Source of the DNA: an uncultured Gammaproteobacteria bacterium
Lineage (GTDB): Bacteria > Patescibacteriota > Patescibacteriia > VMEV01 > CAZAJQ01
NCBI GenBank assembly: GCA_964485795.1
Contig: CAZAJQ010000007.1
Span: forward strand, 3,880 to 67,879
Reading direction: 5' to 3'
Length of the DNA stretch: 64,000 bases
In this document: one piece after another, positions 8,026 to 17,970 of the stretch
Layout: each line of letters starts with the position of its first letter
Position numbering within the stretch: position 1 is the stretch's first letter
Made by a program: the position numbers and the translations under genes
The notes under the pieces: model-generated
Seen by the model: the letters and a program-made list of their open reading frames with translations, nothing else
Database searches by the model: none
Told to the model about the DNA's origin: nothing

Positions 8026-9795
8026 TCACGGCTTCTTTAAAATTTTCTTTCGAAGGCGCACAAAATGAGGAGTGATCTCGAGCAATTCATCTTCATTCAT
8101 GATCTCAAGCCCTTTTTCGATGTCGAGTTTCATGGGAGGCGTGAGCTGAATGGCGTCTTCTCCGACCGATCGAACGTTCGTCAAATGTTTTCCTTTTACG
8201 GAATTCACCCACATATCCATGCCCTTGCTGACATTGCCGATCACCATGCCTTCATACACCTCTTCATTGGCTCCCACATAGAGTGTCCCGCGATTCTGAA
8301 GGTTGTCGAGCGAGTAGGCGGCCGCTTTTCCGGTGGCCATGGATACCATCGCGCCGAGTCTATGGCGCTCAATCTCGCCGACATGCGGACGGAAATCCAT
8401 AAACCGTGAAGCCATGATCCCCTCTCCGCTCGTATCCACCATAAACTCATTGCGCAAGCCCAAAAGCCCTCGAGTCGGGATTTCAAACACCAGTCGGGTC
8501 TGTCCGTCGGTGTTTTTCATCTGCGTCATGATCCCTTTTCTACGCGAAATTTTTTCGATGATGCCGCCCACCAAAGCCTCGGGTACGAAAATCGTCAATT
8601 CCTCAAAAGGCTCGAGTTTTTTTCCCGCTTCTTCCTTGATGATGACTTCGGGAAACGTCACCTGCACTTCATAGCCTTCGCGACGCATGTTTTCAAGCAG
8701 CACGGATACATGAAGCTCGCCTCTCGCGAACACTTTGTAATACTCGGGATTGGAAAAATCGATTTTCATTCCCACATTCACTTCCAGCTCTTTCATGAGT
8801 CGCTCCCGAAGCTTCGAGTTTGTCACATATTTGCCGTCTTTCCCGGAAAACGGAGAATTGTTCACGAGCAAGCCGAGAGAAATGGTGGGTTCGTCTATCT
8901 TGATATGCGGCAAACTTTCGGCATTTTCGTCTTCGCATATGGTCTCTCCTATGGAAAGATCAGGGATACCGGCCACCATCACGATGTCTCCGGCATAGGC
9001 TTCCTTCAATGCTTCGCGCTGAAATCCTCGAAACGTGAAAATATTCGTTATCTCGCCGCTTTTGGTTTTTCCATCCGCGGTTTTTATGAACACTTTTTGC
9101 TTTTCTTTCACCGTGCCTTCGTAAATGCGAGCGATGCCGAGGCGACCGAGGAAATTATCGTATCCGAGATTGAAAGGCTGCATGCGAAGTTTCTCGCTCG
9201 CATCGCTTGGCGCGGCCGGAATATTTTCGAGAATGGCATCAAGAAGCGGACTCATGTCGTGAGATTCATCTTCCAAGTTTTTTTTGGCGATGCCTTGCTT
9301 GCCGATGGCGTATATCACTTTGAAATCAAGCTGCCGATCATTGGCTCCCAAATCGATGAAAAGTTCCAATATTTCATCAAGCGCTTCCTTGGGACGGGCG
9401 GAAGGTTTGTCGATCTTGTTCATGACCACGAGCGGATTCAGACCCAGCTCCATGGCCTTTTTGAGGACAAAACGCGTTTGCGGCATGGGTCCTTCGGCGG
9501 CGTCAACCACGAGAATCACCGAATCGATGGAACGCAAAACGCGCTCCACTTCCGAGCTGAAATCGGCATGACCGGGCGTATCGACGATATTGATCTTGGT
9601 ATCCTTATAAAATATGGAAGCGTTTTTGGCATAAATTGTGATGCCGCGTTCACGCTCCAGCGCATTGCTGTCCATGGAAACATTGTCGTCGGATATCATA
9701 CCGGTTTGACGCAGTAAAGCGTCGGTGATGGTGGTTTTACCGTGATCCACATGGGCGATAATGGCAATATTGCGTATTTCCATAAAAAAATGCAT
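8026..9795 (-). CDS. typA: Translational GTPase TypA/BipA
   Basis: IRNIAIIAHVDHGKTTITDALL, DSNALERERGITI, DTPGHADF and NKIDKP motifs; 589 aa. Confidence 0.9.
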   Translation of the reverse strand: MHFFMEIRNIAIIAHVDHGKTTITDALLRQTGMISDDNVSMDSNALERERGITIYAKNASIFYKDTKINIVDTPGHADFSSEVERVLRSIDSVILVVDAAEGPMPQTRFVLKKAMELGLNPLVVMNKIDKPSARPKEALDEILELFIDLGANDRQLDFKVIYAIGKQGIAKKNLEDESHDMSPLLDAILENIPAAPSDASEKLRMQPFNLGYDNFLGRLGIARIYEGTVKEKQKVFIKTADGKTKSGEITNIFTFRGFQREALKEAYAGDIVMVAGIPDLSIGETICEDENAESLPHIKIDEPTISLGLLVNNSPFSGKDGKYVTNSKLRERLMKELEVNVGMKIDFSNPEYYKVFARGELHVSVLLENMRREGYEVQVTFPEVIIKEEAGKKLEPFEELTIFVPEALVGGIIEKISRRKGIMTQMKNTDGQTRLVFEIPTRGLLGLRNEFMVDTSGEGIMASRFMDFRPHVGEIERHRLGAMVSMATGKAAAYSLDNLQNRGTLYVGANEEVYEGMVIGNVSKGMDMWVNSVKGKHLTNVRSVGEDAIQLTPPMKLDIEKGLEIMNEDELLEITPHFVRLRKKILKKP

Positions 9796-10020
9796 GTTTC
9801 TCTCTCACATGCGATTTAACCTCACGCTTGATGGTGAGAAAACAAAAACAAACATGCTTTTATGCATGATGTGGGATCATATCATGGTATGGCGTCGGGT
9901 TGCAACCCAGCCGTCATTCATAACTATATATTCATAAATTTGACTTATTTATATTTTTTTGATTTAATTTACTATCATTCCGAATATATTTTGTTCATTT
10001 TTTCTTGAAAGGTTCAAACA

Positions 10021-10749
10021 ATGAAAAAAATCGTCGCCGTTCTGTTTATCGTCGCACTTTCCATCACCTTCCTCTTGCTCCAGAGAAAACCGATTTCTTC
10101 TCCGGGAAAAGAAGAAAAAACTGATGAGATCACAAATTCCAGTTTAAAAAAAATTCAGCAGAAAGACTGGAGCAAGCATCCGGAGTATATCTGGTTTCAA
10201 AACGAAATACTGGGACCGGCATTGAAATCCTACACCGGACGTTACACTTGTCACTTTCTGCAAGAGGAAGTTCGCATCTTTCACGATCGCTATGCTCGAG
10301 GCATGATCCTGACCGTCCTTGCGACTCCAAAACTCACCGGAGCGTTGGCGATGGCCAACGCCATGAAAAAGGATGACGGCAATATCCAAAAAATCATGCA
10401 GCTGCAGATGGCAGATATGCTCGATGCGTACAAAAAACGACGCGACGAATTTGTCGACATATTGTTCGTCGCGATATCGCACGAAGTGCGACATTTCGAT
10501 AATGGAGATTACAATATCATCGGCGAGCCTCTTCGCGAAAGAGCCTATTACGTCGAAGCCGAAAGCAATGCATGGCTTCATAGCATGAAAGTCCTTGAAG
10601 CCATGTTTTCCGAAAATCGATTGCAGGGAATCAAGAAATTCCCCCTTCACAGCTTTATGAGATACTGGAATGTGTATCGTACATTCGGCGGAGATTCGAA
10701 AGAATGGAAAGCGGCCATCGAACAGAGCGTAAATAAAAATGTAAAATAA
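10021..10749 (+). CDS. Hypothetical membrane-anchored/secreted protein (242 aa)
   Basis: N-terminal MKKIVAVLFIVALSITFLLL signal/TM; AAAGG lies upstream; a hairpin terminator lies downstream. The opposing 246-aa ORF 10144-10884 was rejected. Confidence 0.5.
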   Translation: MKKIVAVLFIVALSITFLLLQRKPISSPGKEEKTDEITNSSLKKIQQKDWSKHPEYIWFQNEILGPALKSYTGRYTCHFLQEEVRIFHDRYARGMILTVLATPKLTGALAMANAMKKDDGNIQKIMQLQMADMLDAYKKRRDEFVDILFVAISHEVRHFDNGDYNIIGEPLRERAYYVEAESNAWLHSMKVLEAMFSENRLQGIKKFPLHSFMRYWNVYRTFGGDSKEWKAAIEQSVNKNVK

Positions 10750-10768
10750 TCTTTTTTCATCAAAAAAA

Positions 10769-10800
10769 CACGGACTTGCTTCTATCCGTGTTTTTTCTTT
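10769..10800 (+). terminator. Intrinsic terminator
   Basis: CACGGA - CTTGCTTCTA - TCCGTG, followed by TTTTTTCTTTTTTTC. Confidence 0.55.
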
Positions 10801-10893
10801 TTTTCCCAAGTTCGAATGACTGACCCGTAAGTTTACACCAAGACGATCGGATTCAGCATTGCTCCATTTTTTCATGACATCCATTCAAGAGAA

Positions 10894-11616
10894 TCATTTC
10901 GCGTCTTTTTCAAAAACCAAATTCAGCGTGAAGGGAACCAGATCGCGTATGGCCTTGTCGCCGATTTGCTGAAAGATGGTGCCGGAATCATAGGTTATCC
11001 CCCACTTGGTGCGATCGATGGAAAAGCTGGCCGTTGATTTCAAACCCGTCGCGGTTTTTTCCATTGCGGCGGGAAACGTTATCTCATGAGTCTGCCCCTT
11101 GATCGTCAGATCGGCTGTGATGTCAAAATCCCTTTCGCTCTTTTTCAAGATATTTTTCATCTTCAAGCGCGACGTGGGAAACTGCTGCACATCAAAAAAA
11201 TCAGCCGACTTGATGTGTCCGAGAAATTGCTGATTATCCTTTGATTCCGAAATTGTGCTCATGTCAATGACAAATTCTCCGTCCACAAAAACTTCATCTT
11301 TGGAAAAAAGTTTTCCGGCCGCTATGCTGACCGTGCCGGTATGGGAGTTTCCCACGATTCTTTCCGCCTTCCATTGCATGGCGGATTGCGACGCTTTGAG
11401 CGAATAGCTGGCATCAAAAGGAAGATTGGATGCGATAGTTGATACGGATGTATTCATACGAGTGTGAATGTTAAATTCCTTGCTGACAGTATCTCTTGTT
11501 TTTTCTTTTGTGACAATATTGACGGCATCCGATGTCAAGTCACTCTTTGACGCAAAATATGATACTCCAAAAACCAACAATACAACGCCTGTTGAAATGA
11601 GAAAAATCTGTGCCAT
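10894..11616 (-). CDS. YceI-family periplasmic protein
   Basis: N-terminal TM/signal MAQIFLISTGVVLLVFGVSYFA. The YceI-like core GHIKSADFFDVQQFP.., ..ITADLTIKGQTHEITF is present. Confidence 0.75.
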   Translation of the reverse strand: MAQIFLISTGVVLLVFGVSYFASKSDLTSDAVNIVTKEKTRDTVSKEFNIHTRMNTSVSTIASNLPFDASYSLKASQSAMQWKAERIVGNSHTGTVSIAAGKLFSKDEVFVDGEFVIDMSTISESKDNQQFLGHIKSADFFDVQQFPTSRLKMKNILKKSERDFDITADLTIKGQTHEITFPAAMEKTATGLKSTASFSIDRTKWGITYDSGTIFQQIGDKAIRDLVPFTLNLVFEKDAK

Positions 11617-11671
11617 AGAATACAGCTCAAATCGATTATCTCCGAACGATTTTTTTTAAGAATCGGAAAGG

Positions 11672-13576
11672 TCAAGAAGGAAAATCGACTTTGATGGGAA
11701 GGCGGACAATGACGGTCGTTCCTTCGGATTCTTTGGAAATCACTTCAAGTGACCCTTTGTGCAAATCAATGAAGGATTTCGCGATGAAAAGTCCCAACCC
11801 GATACCGTCCGTATATTTCAAAACCGCTCGTCTGCCTCGGAAAAAAGGTTCAAAAAGATGTTTTTTGTCTTCTTTGGTCATCCCTATCCCCGTATCCCGA
11901 ACGCTGAGAAGGAGAAAATCTTTTTCTTTTGAAAAGTTTATCGTTACGGTTCCTTGTTTTCGATTGTAAAAAATCGCATTGGCGAGCAAGATTTCAAAAA
12001 CTCTCTGAAGTTTTTCTTGATCTCCGGCGATGACGACATCTTCATGCCTTTCAAGAAGCAACGAAACGTCTCCCTTTCTCGCAAGCTCGCGAAGCTTCAT
12101 CATCGCATTTTCGACCAAGGCAAGAACATTGATTTTTTTGTAATTCGAACGATTCGTTTTTTCATTGATCTCAAAAGCGGTAAAAAGATTTTCAAAACCC
12201 AAAATCAAACGTTGGGTGCTCTCATACATGTCCAGAAGAACCGTTTTTTGATCGGTGCGATATTCGTCAATATTCTCCAAAATCGACGATAAATTCCATT
12301 GCAAAACATTGAGAGGCGTTCGGAAAGCGTGCGTGGTGACGGAAAGGAATTTGGTCTTCATATCCACGTTTTCCTGCTGACGGGAAAAAGACTCACGTAT
12401 TTTCAACATAAGCTTATTAAACAACTCCGTAAGTTCCGATACTTCACGGGTTTTGACGATCTGCAAAATTTCGATTTTCTCGTCAAAATTATTGGTACCC
12501 ACCCTATCAATGGCCTGATCCGTCAGATTCGCCAACGGTCGAAGAAACATCCGCGACAAAATCAAAAAAACGATGAAAATGCCAAATAAAAAACCGCCGC
12601 TCAAAACCGCGGTGGAAAAAAACACTTGTTTTCTGGCCGCGGCAAATTGCGCCGTATCCTGCGCAATCCACACTCCCCAGCCAAGCTCCGGAATCGCCGC
12701 ATAAGCGGCGCTTCTTTCGACTCCGTCAGTGTCGATAAAAGCGTCCAAAAAACCCTCTTTCCCGGCTAACGCAAGCTCTGCGGGTTCAAAACCGGACAAG
12801 AGCTTTTGGTCCTTCACAAAATCAACATTGGAATGAACGATAACGCTCCCTTTTTTATCGATCACCACGGGTATCGCAAATTCGCTGCCCAAAGCGGCCT
12901 CAGCCAAGTGATTCAGCGCATCAAGTGATAACCCTCCGACGGCAAAACCGGCGAATTCTTTCCGTTCGTCAAAGATCGGAACCGCTATGGCCACGGTGGG
13001 TATGAATGGCTCGACTCTGGAGTAAATGGTGTCCGAAAAAACGATTTTCTTGGTGGCCAATAATTCGCAATAATAATCGCGGTCGGAAATATTGATACCG
13101 CGAATTTCATGCTCTTTTTCATCGGTTCCAAGCTTGTTGTATCCGGCGACGATGATGCCGTCGCGATCTGCGATGCTCATCGCGAAAAACGCATTGCTGT
13201 TCACCACCGCATTTCTCACGACCGGATAAAGATCATCAAATGTGAATTCTCTACGGGACGCCGATCCGGCGAGTCTTGCGACCGCATCGGAATTATTTTG
13301 CACATAGATCGCAATGCTTCTCGCCAAGGTATGGCTGAAAAGCTTATCCCTTTCTTCAATAAGCTTTTTCTTTTCAAAAAAAAGTTGATTGCCGCGAATA
13401 TACGAGTAAATGACAGCCATGCATACGGTCATCAGAAATGCAGCAATCAAAAAATATGTGGAAAGACGAAAATTTTTATTTTTTTTGGAGGAAATCATGA
13501 CAAACAACAAAGAAATTACACTCCTGACATTATAACGCCCGATTTTCGGAGTTGCAAATCGCAAAAAGCGCTTCAA
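11672..13576 (-). CDS. Sensor histidine kinase with an extracellular sensor domain; no adjacent response regulator
   Basis: Two TM segments flank a roughly 280-aa periplasmic domain. The H-box is SVTTHAFRTPLNVLQWN. The HATPase_c region has DTGIGMTKEDKKHLFEPFFRG and GIGLGLFIAKSFIDLHKGSLEV. The true start may be an internal Met (MISSKKNK..). Confidence 0.8.
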   Translation of the reverse strand: MKRFLRFATPKIGRYNVRSVISLLFVMISSKKNKNFRLSTYFLIAAFLMTVCMAVIYSYIRGNQLFFEKKKLIEERDKLFSHTLARSIAIYVQNNSDAVARLAGSASRREFTFDDLYPVVRNAVVNSNAFFAMSIADRDGIIVAGYNKLGTDEKEHEIRGINISDRDYYCELLATKKIVFSDTIYSRVEPFIPTVAIAVPIFDERKEFAGFAVGGLSLDALNHLAEAALGSEFAIPVVIDKKGSVIVHSNVDFVKDQKLLSGFEPAELALAGKEGFLDAFIDTDGVERSAAYAAIPELGWGVWIAQDTAQFAAARKQVFFSTAVLSGGFLFGIFIVFLILSRMFLRPLANLTDQAIDRVGTNNFDEKIEILQIVKTREVSELTELFNKLMLKIRESFSRQQENVDMKTKFLSVTTHAFRTPLNVLQWNLSSILENIDEYRTDQKTVLLDMYESTQRLILGFENLFTAFEINEKTNRSNYKKINVLALVENAMMKLRELARKGDVSLLLERHEDVVIAGDQEKLQRVFEILLANAIFYNRKQGTVTINFSKEKDFLLLSVRDTGIGMTKEDKKHLFEPFFRGRRAVLKYTDGIGLGLFIAKSFIDLHKGSLEVISKESEGTTVIVRLPIKVDFPS

Positions 13577-13801
13577 TGATAACTTTTCGGAACGGAATAT
13601 CCCTTAAAATCAAAAATACATGTGAATCCGACTCGTGAAGTTTCATTTCGTGTTCCAAAATGAGGTTTACGGCGTTTTTCTTCAAAAACCAAATTAAGCG
13701 CATGCGACTTCTGCGACGATCATGAAAAATTCAAACTCTTCATACACGATCGCATTCCATACACCTTGAATACATGATACTATTGCATCAAGACTTCCTC
13801 T

Positions 13802-15409
13802 ATGAAAATAAAATTTCGTTTCGTACTGGTAACCGTGACGGCTTGCGCGACGTTTTTTTTGATGACCGCAACCAAAGCCGCCAATCATGAAATCACTGAG
13901 ATCCTCACTCCGGCAAGCCGGCCTTTTTTTTATAACTTGAAAATTTTCGGCGAAGACATGACGCAAATGTTTTTCGGCGTATTTTCCGGAAACACCGAAA
14001 GAGACTATCTGAAAGAACGCATCGCAGAGAGACAGGCCGAGATGGATATCATCAGAAAAAAAGAAAATTGGGGCGAAGAATACCTCCGTGTCGCAAATAT
14101 TCGAAGACGTTTGGAAAAAACACTCGATGAAAAACTCATAGACGCCGGGGAACCGATCCATCTTCCGATCGATTTTTGGGAAGAAGGCAATCTCTATTCC
14201 GACGCGACAAAAAACGCCAGATTGAATACGGTGCGAAAAAGATTGGCCGAACTCGATGGGGTCGATGAAAATCTCACCGGAGAAGAAATATTCCTTCGCA
14301 ATGAGCTTGCGGAATTGGAATCGGAAAAAAAGATGAGCGACGAATTTGACATGCTTTTCACTTTGTCGCGATTGTCGGACAAGGAGTATGTCGAAAAACT
14401 TTTGAAAGAAAAAGAAAAACTTTCGTTTGCTATTGAAACCGCTCTGGAAGCCGCCGAAAATAATCAATCGCTTTACTCGGGAGAATTCCGAGAAAATGCG
14501 GACGTTTTGGACGCAAACAAAAAGCTGGAAGCATCCATACGTCAAGCGCAAATGATTTTTTTGGACAAAAACTACGCTCTCATTGACGATGCCGTACGCC
14601 GAATGCAAAACGACCTTTTGGAAATCGCAAAAGTTTTGGAAAAGCAAAGTTATCAAAGCAGCGTGAGCAACAAAACGGTTGCAAAAACGGATGATCGGAA
14701 AACGCCAATCCCTCAGCCCATTGTCGTTGACACAAAACCGGCTGAAAAACCGATTCAAAAACCGAAAACTCCTCTTACACCCTTACCGACGGAAACCGAG
14801 GGATCACCTTTGACTTTGCTCGGATATTACGCCGGATTATCGGGTCAGGTGAACGTGTATTTCAGCGTAAATTTCGGCGGTCAGGGCGGCAATCCGCCGT
14901 ATCATTTTCAGCTGGGCAGCGGAGTCGGCTTTCCTCCGCAGGGAATCGTCTTGGACGCAAACGGAAAACTTTCCGGGACTCCGAAAATCGCCGGCACGTC
15001 GACGTTCAGCGTTTGCGTCCTGGATCTCAGCGCAACGAGCGACTGCGGGACGTTTACCATGATCGTCACGGAGGCCGAAAAACCAGAAACAACCCCAAAA
15101 ACGGAAGTGACTCTTTCTCTTATTTCGCGATCATGCGTCGGCGATAAAGTACAAGTGATCGGCCGAGCCAGCGGCCCGGTGGGAACGACTTTTAATTCGC
15201 ATTACAGCGACGGGCCCGACTGCGGAAGCTGGACGATAACCCCGAGCAGTGGCTGCCGCCGCGAAGAAGGCGACCCGGAATCCACACAATGGGTGTACAC
15301 CTTCACGAAGTTTCGCGTCAGCGATGATCCGCAAGTCATCGAAATTTTTTTTAACGATCCGCAAGGAATCGATGTCGAAAAAAGCATCCGATACGATAAA
15401 AATTGCTAG
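13802..15409 (+). CDS. Secreted protein with a coiled-coil region, Pro/Thr-rich linker and C-terminal Ig-like (putative-Ig / cadherin-like) domain
   Basis: Signal peptide MKIKFRFVLVTVTACATFFLMTATKAAN. Charged coiled-coil segment. Linker KPAEKPIQKPKTPLTPLPTETE. PPYHFQLGSGVGFPPQGIVLDANGKLSGTP is typical of the putative-Ig domain. The opposing 354-aa ORF 13694-14758 has poly-Phe composition and was rejected. Confidence 0.6.
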   Translation: MKIKFRFVLVTVTACATFFLMTATKAANHEITEILTPASRPFFYNLKIFGEDMTQMFFGVFSGNTERDYLKERIAERQAEMDIIRKKENWGEEYLRVANIRRRLEKTLDEKLIDAGEPIHLPIDFWEEGNLYSDATKNARLNTVRKRLAELDGVDENLTGEEIFLRNELAELESEKKMSDEFDMLFTLSRLSDKEYVEKLLKEKEKLSFAIETALEAAENNQSLYSGEFRENADVLDANKKLEASIRQAQMIFLDKNYALIDDAVRRMQNDLLEIAKVLEKQSYQSSVSNKTVAKTDDRKTPIPQPIVVDTKPAEKPIQKPKTPLTPLPTETEGSPLTLLGYYAGLSGQVNVYFSVNFGGQGGNPPYHFQLGSGVGFPPQGIVLDANGKLSGTPKIAGTSTFSVCVLDLSATSDCGTFTMIVTEAEKPETTPKTEVTLSLISRSCVGDKVQVIGRASGPVGTTFNSHYSDGPDCGSWTITPSSGCRREEGDPESTQWVYTFTKFRVSDDPQVIEIFFNDPQGIDVEKSIRYDKNC

Positions 15410-15448
15410 CATCTCCATTCATTCCAATATCAAATATTTTTCAATCCT

Positions 15449-17083
15449 GTGAAAGAAAAAATAAAAAAGTCATATAAAAGAACGGTCATACCGGCTGCAT
15501 TGATCGTATTGATCGCTCTCCTTGTCTTGAGCCCCAATCTATACTGGCTAACACAATCAAGCCTCTGGTACGGACAACGCGCAATATGCGGAAACGTAAC
15601 GAACAAGAATAATGCGCAAAGAATCAATCTTTCTGATATTTATTTTCAAGCCGATACCTTGAATTTTCGCGCTGTTTCCATGACAGGCGAGCTTCGCTAC
15701 TCCAAAAGCGGCGAGGCATGGTATCTCAAGGACGGCATTTACATCCTTCCTCTCGATACCGCCGATTGTCAAAACATGAACGGGTTCAAAAACGATCAGC
15801 ATATCGTCGCCATACAAGGGACGGTTCAAACGCGAAACGGAACGCCTTTTCTCCTCGTTTCCGACTTGCAAGAAACGGTTCCGACCTCGGTGCAAATTTT
15901 TTACAGTGGCGGAATATGGGGCTTGATCGCGCTCGTTGTGTTTTTTCTTTCAAACCTGCCGAAATTTTTACGGTTCTTTTTCATTCGCCTGCAAGGAAAA
16001 AATGAACACCGGACTTCGCTTCCGGAAAATCATCCGGAAAAACAAGCAAAAAAATCATTGATATTTGGCATTGTCGCTTTTCCCGCATGGATGGTCAACC
16101 CGATTTTGGGGGCCGGATTACAGATCTATTCGCTCATCGCCCATCATGACGGGATTCGATCACGGCGACGCATAAAGGCGTTTTCGGGAATGATTCTCTG
16201 CTCTTTGGGACTCATCATCATGCCGATAGAAAGCATCGGTTTCGAAAGATTTGAAAAACCGATCGCGAATTTTTACGCTTCTTCATTCGGACCTTTGAAA
16301 AAAGAAGTGCCCGTCAAACCCCGGCTCGAAATCCTTCCCCGCGTAAACGACGGATTTCATGTCAGCGTTCACCCGCCCTTGGGGTGGACATCCGTCGACA
16401 TGACCGGAAAAACAGATACCGCATTTATCTTCCGAGGTTCGGAATACGGCCGATTACATAACGAACCTTTTTATCCGGAAATGAATGTCTCGACCGTTCC
16501 ATGCGAATCATGTTCCGAAAAAAATGATTGGGAGATTTTTGAAAATTACAAAAAAAATTTATTTTTCGACAAAAACATCGACGTCACTTCCGAAAAAACT
16601 CGAAAGCTCTCCCAAGGCGCTTACCATACTCTCGAATTGCAAACGTCGGAAACACGTGAAAACTCAACCTTTCATGGTTTGGTATTTCTCTTGGCAGAAA
16701 ACCATCTTCTCTACATCGTTAAAACCGAAGTTCCCGAAGAAATGTGGAACCGCGAATACGAAACCTTGATTCAAAATTCGATCGAAACGCTGAAAATATG
16801 GAAAGCCTCGTTCGCATCATGTTTGCGAAGCAAAGGCGTCACAATGTACGGAACACTTTACTGCGAACCATGCCAAATCCAGAAGAATCTTTTCACCGAC
16901 GGAGACGAAGATCTCCGTTTCATCGAATGCAACGCCATTGAAGGGACAAAGCAGCTTCGCCTCTGCTCCGACAAATCAATCACCGGATACCCCACCTGGG
17001 AATTTTCCGACGGATCAATGCTCGTGGGAGCGCAGACGCTCGATGTGCTCGCAGAAAAAACCGGATGCGCACTCGGTGGCTAG
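15449..17083 (+). CDS. Membrane protein with a C-terminal thioredoxin-like domain of the type fused to bacterial VKOR proteins; no VKOR core is present
   Basis: N-terminal TM and further internal TM segments. The C-terminus reads YGTLYCEPCQIQKNLF...FIECN...LRLCS...ITGYPTWEF.DGS...G...L..LAEKTGC, the CxxC Trx-like pattern known from VKOR-associated Trx domains. Confidence 0.55.
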   Translation: MKEKIKKSYKRTVIPAALIVLIALLVLSPNLYWLTQSSLWYGQRAICGNVTNKNNAQRINLSDIYFQADTLNFRAVSMTGELRYSKSGEAWYLKDGIYILPLDTADCQNMNGFKNDQHIVAIQGTVQTRNGTPFLLVSDLQETVPTSVQIFYSGGIWGLIALVVFFLSNLPKFLRFFFIRLQGKNEHRTSLPENHPEKQAKKSLIFGIVAFPAWMVNPILGAGLQIYSLIAHHDGIRSRRRIKAFSGMILCSLGLIIMPIESIGFERFEKPIANFYASSFGPLKKEVPVKPRLEILPRVNDGFHVSVHPPLGWTSVDMTGKTDTAFIFRGSEYGRLHNEPFYPEMNVSTVPCESCSEKNDWEIFENYKKNLFFDKNIDVTSEKTRKLSQGAYHTLELQTSETRENSTFHGLVFLLAENHLLYIVKTEVPEEMWNREYETLIQNSIETLKIWKASFASCLRSKGVTMYGTLYCEPCQIQKNLFTDGDEDLRFIECNAIEGTKQLRLCSDKSITGYPTWEFSDGSMLVGAQTLDVLAEKTGCALGG

Positions 17084-17110
17084 ACGATGAGCATTCACGG
17101 CGAAACGAAA

Positions 17111-17134
17111 AAACCGCGTCAATGCGGTTTTTTT
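17111..17134. terminator. Bidirectional intrinsic terminator between convergent genes
   Basis: AAACCGC - GTCAAT - GCGGTTT, followed by TTTTT and with an A-run upstream. Confidence 0.5.
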
Positions 17135-17165
17135 ACTCTCGCTCTATTGTTTCTACGGCGTTTTA

Positions 17166-17615
17166 TCAATTCCTTTTCTTTCGATTGAGTTTCACTGGCG
17201 GCCATAGCAGCCAATACAAGGCCAATGGCGCTCCCCAATTGGCCCAACGTTCGACAAAATCCCAAATCGACAAACCAACAATCGGTCTTAAGAGTGCAGT
17301 AAAAAATCCCCAGAAAATCATCCACAACACCGCAGGACGCCATGGTTTTATCAAAAGCAAAACAGCAAAAACGACGTCGCTGAGTCCGATGATAAATAAA
17401 AATTGGGTTGCAACTCTTGCATCCGAAATCCCAAAGGTATAAAACCATTCAATCCATTCCTTTTTGCCTTGCATGGCAAAAACACCATGACCGAAGAATT
17501 CTCCGGCGACAGCAACCCTCAAAATCCAATTCATGAGCGTTGGATTCAAAATACTGTTTCCATTAATTTTCCACCTTTGGCGCACGTACCTTGAAAGGTA
17601 GTATATCACTTTCAC
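17166..17615 (-). CDS. Hypothetical small membrane protein (149 aa, Trp-rich, about 4 TM)
   Basis: Hydrophobic segments VAVAGEFFGHGVFAM, FLFIIGLSDVVFAVLLLI, VLWMIFWGFFTALL, PLALYWLLWP. The overlapping ORF 17119-17448 was rejected. Confidence 0.5.
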   Translation of the reverse strand: MKVIYYLSRYVRQRWKINGNSILNPTLMNWILRVAVAGEFFGHGVFAMQGKKEWIEWFYTFGISDARVATQFLFIIGLSDVVFAVLLLIKPWRPAVLWMIFWGFFTALLRPIVGLSIWDFVERWANWGAPLALYWLLWPPVKLNRKKRN

Positions 17616-17809
17616 GGAAGCGCGAAGAAGAGGATGTCATGATCGTAACGGTAAATTTACTTTATCTTTTTTTGCTTCAACATTATGTCGTCAAATTATT
17701 TGTTGTTTGGAGGTAAAAAGAAAAACGAAGCTCTTCAAAACTTCGTTCATCTCTACTCGAATGAAGGAGAACATGCCGACTTCGCATGACTCAGACGAAC
17801 ACCCTCCAT

Positions 17810-17852
17810 GGAGTGAAGTGTGTTCGCCCGCTGGCGAACTCTACTTCACTCC
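17810..17852. other. Perfect nested hairpin at the left edge of the integrated element (possible att/recombination or regulatory site)
   Basis: GGAGTGAAGT-G-T-GTTCGCC-CGCT-GGCGAAC-TCT-ACTTCACTCC gives a 10-bp outer stem and a 7-bp inner stem with no U-run on either side. Confidence 0.4.
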
Positions 17853-17970
17853 GAATCGTGGACAACGTCAGAACCATCTTCCAGCAACAAACTGAATACG
17901 TTTATATCCCAGATTTAAGCGCTTTCGCCACGAAATAAGGATTTACCCTACCCCGTGACTCACTATTGTT

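Noticed and set aside
9897-9908. 12-nt perfect palindrome GGGTTGCAACCC upstream of typA
   Set aside because: A single short palindrome in an AT-rich leader is too short to call an operator without conservation data.
10144-10884. 246-aa minus-strand ORF
   Set aside because: It is antisense to the 10021-10749 gene, which has an N-terminal TM helix, an upstream AAAGG and a downstream terminator. No features support the minus ORF.
13694-14758. 354-aa minus-strand ORF
   Set aside because: It overlaps the + strand secreted-protein gene almost entirely. Its translation is poly-Phe/low complexity with no signal, domain or RBS logic. The + strand gene has a signal peptide and a recognisable Ig-like domain.
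17707-17895. 62-aa + strand ORF in the island-boundary gap
   Set aside because: It spans the nested hairpin, has no RBS and has a low-complexity translation, so it is more likely non-coding.
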